A stretch of 9,104 nt of DNA from Tubiluchus corallicola (GCA_030141605.1 JAQGDQ010002524.1:1-9104); one strand, 5' to 3'. Shown: positions 1 to 7,373, numbered from the stretch's first letter. Numbers and translations: made by a program. Notes: generated from the sequence alone by a model not told the origin.

Positions 1-2
1 TA

Positions 3-791
3 AGAAAAAGACCTAAGCTAATAACAACAGAGCATAGTACTCATAATAACAGAAGAAAATATCTGCTATTAAGACCCATAGAAAAGTTTATATACAGTCG
101 TTTTGACAAAATTATATCCATTACTCCACAAGTAAAAGAAAACCTATGTAAATGGGTAGGGAGGAAAAACTGTAATTCTATTGTTATTCCTAATGGGATT
201 GATGTGCAAAAGTTTCAAAATGCTAAACCTTACTCCAAAAAAGAAATAAACAGTTTATTAAAAGACACAGATAAGTTACTACTTATGGTTGCAAGATTTG
301 AAGAAGCAAAAGACCATGCGACTTTAATAAAAAGTATAAATCTGCTTCCTAACAACTATAAGCTACTACTTGTAGGAGAAGGAAAATTAAAGAAAAAAAT
401 AAAACATCTTGTTAAGAAACTAAAATTAGAAAATAGAGTTATATTTCTTGGACTTAGGCATGATGTTCCTGAGCTTATGAAAACAGTAGACATTAATATT
501 CTTTCTTCACACTGGGAAGGGCTTTCTGGAGTTGCCTTAGAAGGAATGGCATCAGGAAAGTCATTTATGGGAAGTAATGTGCAAGGAATAAAAGATGTTG
601 TAAAGGGAGCAGGCATACTTTTTGAACAAGGTAATGAAAAAGAATTAGCCGCTAAAGTTTTACAGCTAATAAAAACCCCTCAACTTTACCAAGAAACATC
701 TAAAAGGTGTATAGAAAGAGCTGAACAATATAGCATAAGAAAAATGGCAAAGAACTATGCTGATTTATATAAGAAAATTTTAAGCAAATGA
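3..791 (+). CDS. Glycosyltransferase family 4 (GT-B fold), 5' end outside the window
   Basis: The frame is open from position 3 (RKRPKLITTEHSTHNNRRK...VIPNGIDV), so the GTG at 204 is internal. GT4 motifs: MVARFEEAKDH, LVGEG, FLGLRHDV, and the EX7E motif in SHWEGLSGVALEGMASG. Confidence 0.92.
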   Translation, partial: RKRPKLITTEHSTHNNRRKYLLLRPIEKFIYSRFDKIISITPQVKENLCKWVGRKNCNSIVIPNGIDVQKFQNAKPYSKKEINSLLKDTDKLLLMVARFEEAKDHATLIKSINLLPNNYKLLLVGEGKLKKKIKHLVKKLKLENRVIFLGLRHDVPELMKTVDINILSSHWEGLSGVALEGMASGKSFMGSNVQGIKDVVKGAGILFEQGNEKELAAKVLQLIKTPQLYQETSKRCIERAEQYSIRKMAKNYADLYKKILSK

Positions 792-1903
792 AAAAAATTG
801 CCATTGTAGCTAATACAGCTTGGAGCATTTATAACTTTAGATTAGGATTGATAAAAGAGCTTTTAAAACAAAATTATCGAGTTATCACAATAGCTCCATA
901 CGATGATTTTGTGCCTAAATTAGAAAAAATAGGTTGTAAGCATAAGAATCTATATTTAAACTCCAAATCTACTAACCCTATAAAGGAAGTAAAAGTACTA
1001 ATAGATTTATTTCGTATTTACAAAACAATTAAACCTCATATCATTTTTCATTATACAATAAAACCAAATATTTATGGAAGTATTATTGCAAAAACATTAG
1101 GTATTCCAAACATTGCTGTTACAACAGGATTAGGTTATACTTTTTTACATAATAATATTACTGCTAGAATCTCACAAATATTATATAAAATTGCCTTTCA
1201 GATTCCTAAGCAGGTATGGTTTCTTAACAGTGATGATCAAGAAATATTTGTCAAATATCACCTTGTTAATGAAAAAAAGTGTGTAGTGTTGAAAACAGGA
1301 GAAGGAATTAATATAAGTGATTTTAAACCAATACAAGTTGGTAAAAGAAGTGGTGGTATCAAGTCTTTGCTCATAGCAAGAATGCTTTGGGACAAAGGAA
1401 TAAAAGAATATATAACAGCAGCAGAAATAATAAAGAAAAAATATTCTAATACAGAATTTCAGTTATTAGGAGCTATAGGCGTAGCTAACCAGTGCTGCTT
1501 TCCCAAAGAATATATAGATAAACACCACAATATAGGAACAATAAACTATCTGGGAGAAACAGATAATGTTATAGAATATATAAAAAATGCGACTTGTATT
1601 GTGCTACCTTCCTATAGAGAAGGGGTTCCACGCTCTTTGCTAGAAGGAGCTGCTATGGGAAAGCCTATTATTACAACTAATAATGTTGGGTGTAAAGAAG
1701 TGGTTGATGATGGAATAAATGGCTTCTTATGCGAGGTTAAAAATAGTAAAGACTTAGCAGATAAAATAGAAAAATTTATCCTTTTATCAGACAAAGAGAA
1801 GGAGAAAATGGGTGAAAAAAGCAGGAAAAAAGCAGAAAACCAATTTGATGAAAGAATAGTAATAGAAAAATATTTAAAAACAATAACCGAAATACTTAAT
1901 TAA
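788..1903 (+). CDS. Glycosyltransferase family 4, CapM-like (polysaccharide/O-antigen biosynthesis)
   Basis: N-terminal NTAWSIYNFRLGLI, YTIKPNIYG, TGLG, ARMLWDKGIKEY, LPSYREGVPRSLLEGAAMGKPIITTN (EX7E). ATGA overlap with the upstream stop (788-791) indicates translational coupling. Confidence 0.93.
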   Translation: MKKIAIVANTAWSIYNFRLGLIKELLKQNYRVITIAPYDDFVPKLEKIGCKHKNLYLNSKSTNPIKEVKVLIDLFRIYKTIKPHIIFHYTIKPNIYGSIIAKTLGIPNIAVTTGLGYTFLHNNITARISQILYKIAFQIPKQVWFLNSDDQEIFVKYHLVNEKKCVVLKTGEGINISDFKPIQVGKRSGGIKSLLIARMLWDKGIKEYITAAEIIKKKYSNTEFQLLGAIGVANQCCFPKEYIDKHHNIGTINYLGETDNVIEYIKNATCIVLPSYREGVPRSLLEGAAMGKPIITTNNVGCKEVVDDGINGFLCEVKNSKDLADKIEKFILLSDKEKEKMGEKSRKKAENQFDERIVIEKYLKTITEILN

Positions 1904-2082
1904 TAATAAAATAATAGATATAACAGTCTTTTATTCTGAACGAAAAGTAATTTATATTACAGAAATGTACAATTTAGATTTAAAAAACTTCAATTATTAA
2001 TCAACATTTCTTATCTTACATTTAAAGGTTTTCTTTACATAATTAGAACAATAAAACAAGAACAGGGATAACCATCCTATAA

Positions 2083-2271
2083 ATATCCTCAACTTACTTA
2101 GATAAATATATTATAAAAATGAGGCTAGGGGGTGAAAGTAATAGAAGCATAAGCAACATACTCAAAGCTAATGTAGAATGCTATAAGGCTTGGAAAGCAA
2201 ATAAGTTAAACATAAGTCCTCTATTTATAGGCTTAAAATGGTTGAAGAAAATTAAGCAGCTATTAAAATAG
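2083..2271 (+). pseudogene. 3' remnant of a GT2 glycosyltransferase (WcaE/WfgS-like)
   Basis: Manual translation gives ISSTYLDKYIIKMRLGGESNRSISNILKANVECYKAWKANKLNISPLFIGLKWLKKIKQLLK*. The KMRxGGxSN motif and what follows resemble the C-terminus of this GT2 group. There is an in-frame TAA at 2080-2082 and no catalytic N-terminal domain. Confidence 0.75.
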
Positions 2272-2409
2272 CCTTTTGAATACAGACAGAAACAAAACTA
2301 TATTAGAATAAGGAGCTGCTATAAGACTTCAATTTATTTTCTTTTTAAAAGACAGGCTCTTATTTTTTCATTGGAAACAGCTTCATTGTATAGTAGGTTC
2401 TGTTAAGGA

Positions 2410-2555
2410 ATAAAAGAAAAAAATATCAGTGCAAACGATATTATCAAAAAAGCGGCTCAATACATACAAGGCGGTGGTGGCGGGCAGCCTTTTTATGCTA
2501 CTGCAGGAGGTAAAAAGCCTTAGAACAAGCTATAAAAATAGGAGTAAAAAACTAA
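2410..2555 (+). pseudogene. alaS: 3' remnant of alanyl-tRNA synthetase (C-terminal DHHA1 domain), frameshifted
   Basis: Translates [37 protein letters not shown] (stop 2521-2523). [15 protein letters not shown] is the AlaS C-terminal signature. The expected last helix [11 protein letters not shown] continues in another frame (2520-2555), ending 9 nt before the recR ATG. Confidence 0.85.
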
Positions 2556-2564
2556 ACATAACAT

Positions 2565-3185
2565 ATGAACGAGACCAATATACCATCTGCCCTGCTTGAA
2601 AATGCTATCAACGAATTTGCCAAACTACCCAGCATAGGCAAAAAAACGGCTTTACGTCTTATACTTCATTTATTAAAACAAGATGACAATCAAGTAGAAG
2701 ACTTCGGCAATAGTATAATTAAACTAAAAAAAGAGGTGTGCTATTGTAAAGTTTGCCATAATATTTCTGACACAGAAATTTGTAACATCTGCTCTAATAA
2801 TTCGCGAAACAAGAATATCATCTGTGTTGTAGAAAACATTAAAGACGTAATGTCTATAGAAAATACACAGCAATACAAAGGGATGTATCACGTGTTGGGG
2901 GGAATTATATCCCCAATGGATGGTATAGGACCCAAAGACATAAATATAGTTTCTCTCCTAGAAAAAGTATCACAGGGAAAGATAGACGAAATTATCCTTG
3001 CTCTTAGTACAACAATGGAAGGAGATACTACCAACTTTTACTTATACAAAAAACTAAATAAGTTTGATGTAAGCATATCTACAATAGCCAGAGGCATATC
3101 TATAGGCGATGAACTGGAATATGCAGATGAAATTACACTTGGACGTTCTATAACAAATAGAACCCCATTTGAACTCTCTATCTAA
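2565..3185 (+). CDS. recR: Recombination mediator protein RecR
   Basis: HhH motif ([13 protein letters not shown]), C4 zinc finger [16 protein letters not shown], Toprim motifs [16 protein letters not shown] and EGDTT, C-terminal [18 protein letters not shown]; typical length of 206 aa. Confidence 0.98.
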   Translation: MNETNIPSALLENAINEFAKLPSIGKKTALRLILHLLKQDDNQVEDFGNSIIKLKKEVCYCKVCHNISDTEICNICSNNSRNKNIICVVENIKDVMSIENTQQYKGMYHVLGGIISPMDGIGPKDINIVSLLEKVSQGKIDEIILALSTTMEGDTTNFYLYKKLNKFDVSISTIARGISIGDELEYADEITLGRSITNRTPFELSI

Positions 3186-3250
3186 CAAACTATTTTTGGC
3201 AATGTATTAGAAATTAGCAGTAAAACAAATCAAGATAGTTTTCTTATTTT

Positions 3251-3478
3251 AATTGTGATTCATTTCTCTTTTTTTAGACACACTTAGAAAAGACATTTAG
3301 CAAAAAAATGACAACTTTTTCTTTTTTTCTTGCAAAATTTAAAGAAATACTTACTTTTGCAATTGTGACTCATTTAGCAAAGAAATGACAACTTTTTCTT
3401 TTTTCTTGCAAAATTTAAAGAAATAGTTGCTTTTGTATAAGTATGTTATTTTTTTGCATAAATATGTTATTTTTTTAA
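3251..3478 (+). repeat. Local tandem duplications in the promoter region
   Basis: catttagcaaa...cttttg at 3294-3359 is repeated at 3371-3435. aattgtga(t/c)tcattt occurs at 3251 and 3361. A 21-nt period repeat ataa(g/a)tatgttattttttt occurs at 3437 and 3458. Confidence 0.9.
3330..3359 (+). promoter_or_regulatory. Predicted Bacteroidota housekeeping sigma promoter for the repeat lipoprotein
   Basis: TTG (3330-3332), 19-nt spacer, TACTTTTG (3352-3359), matching the -33 TTG / -7 TAnnTTTG consensus. Confidence 0.7.
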
Positions 3479-3503
3479 AATTATAAATTTAAATTAAATC
3501 AGT

Positions 3504-6146
3504 ATGAAAAAATTATTATTGTTAAAGGGAGTTTTTCTTTTTAAATTAGGAAGAATATTTTTATCTTTTTTATTTTTGTTTCTTTTAGTTTTCACCTCCT
3601 GCAAAAAGGAAGAAGAGCATGTTTCACAACCACAATCTACAGGCAACAATTTTCTGAGCTATTCATTTGGGGTACAAGGTGAAAATGTGGAAATAGGAAA
3701 CGACACTATTTCAGTAGACTTACTCCGTGGCACTAATGTAGAAAACTTGGTAGCCACCTTTGAAGTATCCGAAGGAGCAATAGTAAAGATAGGTGACAGT
3801 GTTCAACAAAGTGGCACAACGACAAATGATTTTAGTAGTGAGGTAACCTATACTGTTGTAGCCGAAGATGGAAGTGAAAAGAACTATCTAGTAATAGTAG
3901 ATGCTTCACTACTTACAGACAAAGATTTTGTGGACTATTCATTTGGGGTACAAGGTGAAAATGTGGAAATAGGAAAAGACACTATTTCAGTAGACTTACC
4001 CTATGACACTAATGTAACACAATTGGTAGCCACCTTTGAAGTATCCGAAGGAGTAATAGTAAAGATAGGTGACAGTGTTCAAATAAGTGGCGTAACGCCA
4101 AATGATTTTAGTAGTGAGGTAACCTATACTGTTGTAGCCGAAGATGGAAGTGAAAAGAACTATGTAGTAATAGTAACAGTAAATATTTTACAATCTACAG
4201 ATAAAGATTTTCTGAGCTATTCATTTGGGGTACAAGATGAAAATGTGGAAATAGGAAACGACACTATTTCAGTAGACTTACCCAATGACACTAATGTAAC
4301 ACAATTGAGAGCCATCTTTACACTATCCCAAGGAGCAACAGCAAAGATAGGTGACAGTGTTCAAATAAGTGGCGTAACGCCAAATGATTTTAGTAGTGAG
4401 GTAACCTATACAGTTGTAGCCGAAGATGAAAGTGAAAAGAACTATGTAGTAATAGTAACAGTAAATGTTTCACAATCTACAGATAAAGATTTTCTGAGCT
4501 ATTCATTTGGGGTACAAGATGAAAATGTGGAAATAGGAAACGACACTATTTCAATAGACTTACCCAATGACACTAATGTAACACAATTGAGAGCCATCTT
4601 TACACTATCCCAAGGAGCAACAGCAAAGATAGGTGACGATCCTCAAATAAGTGGCGTAACGCCAAATGATTTTAGTAGTGATGTAACCTATACTGTTGTA
4701 GCCGAAGATGGAAGTGAAAAGAACTATGTAGTAACAGTAAATATTTTACAATCTACAGATAAAGATTTTCTGAGCTATTCATTTGGGGTACAAGATGAAA
4801 ATGTGGAAATAGGAAACGACACTATTTCAGTAGACTTACCCAATGACACTAATGTAACACAATTGAGAGCCATCTTTACACTATCCCAAGGAGCAACAGC
4901 AAAGATAGGTGACAGTGTTCAAATAAGTGGCGTAACGCCAAATGATTTTAGTAGTGAGGTAACCTATACAGTTGTAGCCGAAGATGAAAGTGAAAAGAAC
5001 TATGTAGTAATAGTAACAGTAAATGTTTCACAATCTACAGATAAAGATTTTCTGAGCTATTCATTTGGGGTACAAGATGAAAATGTGGAAATAGGAAACG
5101 ACACTATTTCAATAGACTTACCCAATGACACTAATGTAACACAATTGAGAGCCATCTTTACACTATCCCAAGGAGCAACAGCAAAGATAGGTGACGATCC
5201 TCAAATAAGTGGCGTAACGCCAAATGATTTTAGTAGTGATGTAACCTATACTGTTGTAGCCGAAGATGGAAGTGAAAAGAACTATGTAGTAACAGTAAAT
5301 ATTTTACAATCTACAGATAAAGATTTTCTGAGCTATTCATTTGGGGTACAAGATGAAAATGTGGAAATAGGAAACGACACTATTTCAGTAGACTTACCCA
5401 ATGACACTAATGTAACACAATTGAGAGCCATCTTTACACTATCCCAAGGAGCAACAGCAAAGATAGGTGACAGTGTTCAAATAAGTGGCGTAACGCCAAA
5501 TGATTTTAGTAGTGAGGTAACCTATACAGTTGTAGCCGAAGATGAAAGTGAAAAGAACTATGTAGTAATAGTAACAGTAAATGTTTCACAATCTACAGAT
5601 AAAGATTTTCTGAGCTATTCATTTGGGGTACAAGATGAAAATGTGGAAATAGGAAACGACACTATTTCAATAGACTTACCCAATGACACTAATGTAACAC
5701 AATTGAGAGCCATCTTTACACTATCCCAAGGAGCAACAGCAAAGATAGGTGACGATCCTCAAATAAGTGGCGTTACGCCAAATGATTTTAGTAGTGATGT
5801 AACCTATACTGTTGTAGCCGAAGATGGAAGTGAAAAAAACTATGTAGTAACAGTAAATATTTTACAATCTACAGATAAAGATTTTCTGAGCTATTCATTT
5901 GGGTTCGGAGATGATGAAGATGTGGAAATAGGAAACGACACTATTTTAGTAGACTTACCCAGTGGTACTGATGTAACACAATTGATAGCCACCTTTACAC
6001 TATCCCAAGGAGCAACAGCAAAGATAGGTGACGATCCTCAACAAAGTGGCACAACGACAAATGATTTTAGTAATGATTTAACCTATACAGTTGTAGCCGA
6101 AGATGAAAGTGAAAAGAACTATGTAGTAACAGTAACAGTACAGTAG
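3504..6146 (+). CDS. Surface lipoprotein with nine tandem Ig-like (DUF5018-like) beta-sandwich repeats; probable headless adhesin stalk
   Basis: Hydrophobic signal ending FTS-C (Cys33, codon 3600-3602) followed by KKEEE, resembling the Bacteroidota lipoprotein export signal. Repeat motif LPxxTNVTQLxAxFxLSxGAxxxIG...QxSGxTxNDFSxxVTYTVVAEDxSEKNYVV. The family assignment is from motif recall, not a search. Confidence 0.88.
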   Translation: MKKLLLLKGVFLFKLGRIFLSFLFLFLLVFTSCKKEEEHVSQPQSTGNNFLSYSFGVQGENVEIGNDTISVDLLRGTNVENLVATFEVSEGAIVKIGDSVQQSGTTTNDFSSEVTYTVVAEDGSEKNYLVIVDASLLTDKDFVDYSFGVQGENVEIGKDTISVDLPYDTNVTQLVATFEVSEGVIVKIGDSVQISGVTPNDFSSEVTYTVVAEDGSEKNYVVIVTVNILQSTDKDFLSYSFGVQDENVEIGNDTISVDLPNDTNVTQLRAIFTLSQGATAKIGDSVQISGVTPNDFSSEVTYTVVAEDESEKNYVVIVTVNVSQSTDKDFLSYSFGVQDENVEIGNDTISIDLPNDTNVTQLRAIFTLSQGATAKIGDDPQISGVTPNDFSSDVTYTVVAEDGSEKNYVVTVNILQSTDKDFLSYSFGVQDENVEIGNDTISVDLPNDTNVTQLRAIFTLSQGATAKIGDSVQISGVTPNDFSSEVTYTVVAEDESEKNYVVIVTVNVSQSTDKDFLSYSFGVQDENVEIGNDTISIDLPNDTNVTQLRAIFTLSQGATAKIGDDPQISGVTPNDFSSDVTYTVVAEDGSEKNYVVTVNILQSTDKDFLSYSFGVQDENVEIGNDTISVDLPNDTNVTQLRAIFTLSQGATAKIGDSVQISGVTPNDFSSEVTYTVVAEDESEKNYVVIVTVNVSQSTDKDFLSYSFGVQDENVEIGNDTISIDLPNDTNVTQLRAIFTLSQGATAKIGDDPQISGVTPNDFSSDVTYTVVAEDGSEKNYVVTVNILQSTDKDFLSYSFGFGDDEDVEIGNDTILVDLPSGTDVTQLIATFTLSQGATAKIGDDPQQSGTTTNDFSNDLTYTVVAEDESEKNYVVTVTVQ
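3633..6143 (+). repeat. Intragenic tandem array of nine 276-282-bp units including a 558-bp (AB)x3 higher-order repeat
   Basis: Unit starts at 3633, 3909, 4191, 4473, 4749, 5031, 5307, 5589 and 5865. Units 3-8 alternate 282/276 bp and the three dimers are nearly identical. Confidence 0.97.
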
Positions 6147-6203
6147 GACAACCTACTTTCCAAGTCGTAAGCTATTACAAAGATATTCACTAAAATTTTA
6201 AAA

Positions 6204-6240
6204 CAAGTACATTATAAAAAATGTACTTGCTTTGTATTGT
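6204..6240 (+). terminator. Probable intrinsic terminator hairpin
   Basis: Perfect 10-bp inverted repeat CAAGTACATT (6204-6213) / AATGTACTTG (6220-6229) with a 6-nt loop, followed by T-rich ctttgtattgt, about 60 nt after the lipoprotein stop. The stem is AT-rich. Confidence 0.6.
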
Positions 6241-6289
6241 ACTTGCTTCTGCATTCTGTTCTAAAAAAATGAGTTAATTTATTTTTAGG

Positions 6290-6415
6290 AACCTCTTTCA
6301 TTGAAAGAAGCTATAATCAGAAAGGAAAAAACTATCAAATGAAAACTTAATATCAGAAACTTTTAGAAAAAACAACTCATATTTATTCTGTCCAATCTTT
6401 TTTTAGACAATGTCA
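6290..6415 (+). mobile_element. Possible highly decayed IS3-family right end
   Basis: TGTCCAATCTTTTTTTAGACAATGTCA (6389-6415) resembles IS3-type TGTCCAA...CA termini. Upstream broken frames read SFIERSYNQKGK and NLISETFRK, loosely like the IS3 OrfB C-terminus (IExxYNxxRxH...SPxxF). Weak evidence. Confidence 0.25.
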
Positions 6416-6457
6416 GCAGGTACTTTGATACAATAAAACACACAACCCAAACTCACT

Positions 6458-6820
6458 TTACAATACCTCTGAAAGTATCTGCTCAGAAGCACCTATGTTT
6501 TTTTCTACATATGTCCTGCATATATCTGAAACCTCCTGCAACCTAATACCATCATCCAACAAACTATCCAATATATTTTTCAACTCTTCATAATCCTTTA
6601 TAGAAAAAGCTCCCCCCAAACCTACAAGTTCTACAGCCTCGTTATATTTTTTATATTCAGTACCAAACACTGTGGGTAATCCATATACTGCTGCTTCCAC
6701 AATATTGTGAATACCATCCCTAAAACCACCTCCAATATAAGCCACATTGCCATACCTGTAAACCTCAGATAATATCCCTATCACATCCACAATTAACACT
6801 TGTGCTTCTTTCAATTCTAC
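6458..6820 (-). pseudogene. waaA: 3' fragment (~120 codons) of 3-deoxy-D-manno-octulosonic acid (Kdo) transferase
   Basis: [46 protein letters not shown]...EKNIGASEQIL matches the WaaA/KdtA C-terminal domain. The N-terminal two-thirds of a roughly 400-aa protein is absent, replaced by about 80 nt of unrelated sequence and the recR duplicate. Confidence 0.85.
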
Positions 6821-6899
6821 CTTATGCAGCTGGCAACCTCTTTTACGCTTCTTTGCTTGAAAAACCACAAACACACATCAAAAAACTTAAACAAAAAGG

Positions 6900-6996
6900 C
6901 AGAGGCATATCTATAGGCGATGAACTGGAATATGCAGATGAAATTACACTTGGACGTTCTATAACAAATCGAACGCCATTTGAACTCTCTATTTAA
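6900..6996 (+). pseudogene. recR: Duplicated 3' end of recR (last 31 codons + stop)
   Basis: Encodes [31 protein letters not shown], identical in protein sequence to the RecR C-terminus, with three synonymous differences. Confidence 0.95.
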
Positions 6997-7139
6997 TGAA
7001 CTATTTTTGGCAATGTATTAGAAGTTAGCAGTAAAATAAATCAAGATAGTTTTCTTATTTTAATTGTGATTCATTTCTCTTTTTTTAGACACACTTAGAA
7101 AAGACATTTAGCAAAGAAATAACAACTTTTCTTTTTTTC

Positions 7140-7170
7140 TTGCTAAATTTTAAAAAAACAGTTACCTTTG
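7140..7170 (+). promoter_or_regulatory. Predicted Bacteroidota promoter for unit 2
   Basis: TTG (7140-7142), 20-nt spacer, TACCTTTG (7163-7170); homologous to 3330-3359. Confidence 0.62.
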
Positions 7171-7205
7171 CATAAAAATATTGTTTTTTTAGGATTATAA
7201 ATTAA

Positions 7206-7373
7206 ATAGGATTATTGTTAAAGGAAGTTTTTCTATTTAAATTAGGAAGAATATTTTTATCTTTTTTATTTTTGTTTCTTTTAGTTTTCACCTCCTGAAA
7301 AAAGAAAGATGAGCATGTTTCACATACAGGCAAAGATTTTCAGAGCTATTCATTTGATATAGAAAATGAACAA
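7206..7373 (+). pseudogene. Inactivated lipoprotein signal peptide in frame with the GLUG protein
   Basis: Reads IGLLLKEVFLFKLGRIFLSFLFLFLLVFTS*KKKDEHVSHTGKDFQSYSFDIENEQ, in frame with 7374. TGA at 7296-7298 replaces the TGC lipobox Cys of the paralog, and the ATG-AAA-AAA start is missing. Confidence 0.9.

Larger units (their letters stand above)
3089..3627 (+). repeat. Direct repeat copy 1: recR 3' end + intergenic/promoter + signal-peptide region (copy 2 at ~6900-7324)
   Basis: 3089-3185 matches 6900-6996 at 94/97 nt. Similarity continues through the intergenic region (with indels) and the signal-peptide coding sequence, then more loosely into the first stalk domain. Confidence 0.95.
6900..7324 (+). 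repeat. Direct repeat copy 2 (recR tail, promoter, degenerate signal peptide)
   Basis: Aligns to 3089-3627 (initial offset 3811). It lacks the local promoter duplication and the ATG region. Confidence 0.95.

Noticed and set aside
356-616. Minus-strand 86-aa ORF
   Set aside because: Antisense shadow of the GT4 gene; no recognisable motifs.
1612-1794. Minus-strand 60-aa ORF
   Set aside because: Antisense shadow of the conserved GT4 C-terminal domain.
1997-2083. Minus-strand peptide FIGWLSLFLFYCSNYVKKTFKCKIRNVD* as another gene tail
   Set aside because: Plausible membrane-protein C-terminus but not recognisable; could be chance in AT-rich DNA.
3186-3503. Invertible promoter
   Set aside because: Repeats around the promoter are direct, not inverted, and no invertase is nearby.
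3089-6899. Autonomous integrative element or prophage
   Set aside because: Flanked by direct repeats but encodes no integrase, transposase or replication function.
6802-6996. 64-aa ORF as a real gene
   Set aside because: Chimera of waaA antisense sequence, filler and the duplicated recR tail; it lacks the RecR functional domains.
7296-7298. TGA as selenocysteine or recoded codon
   Set aside because: TGA serves as a normal stop at 789-791, no SECIS-like hairpin is evident downstream, and the ATG is also lost.
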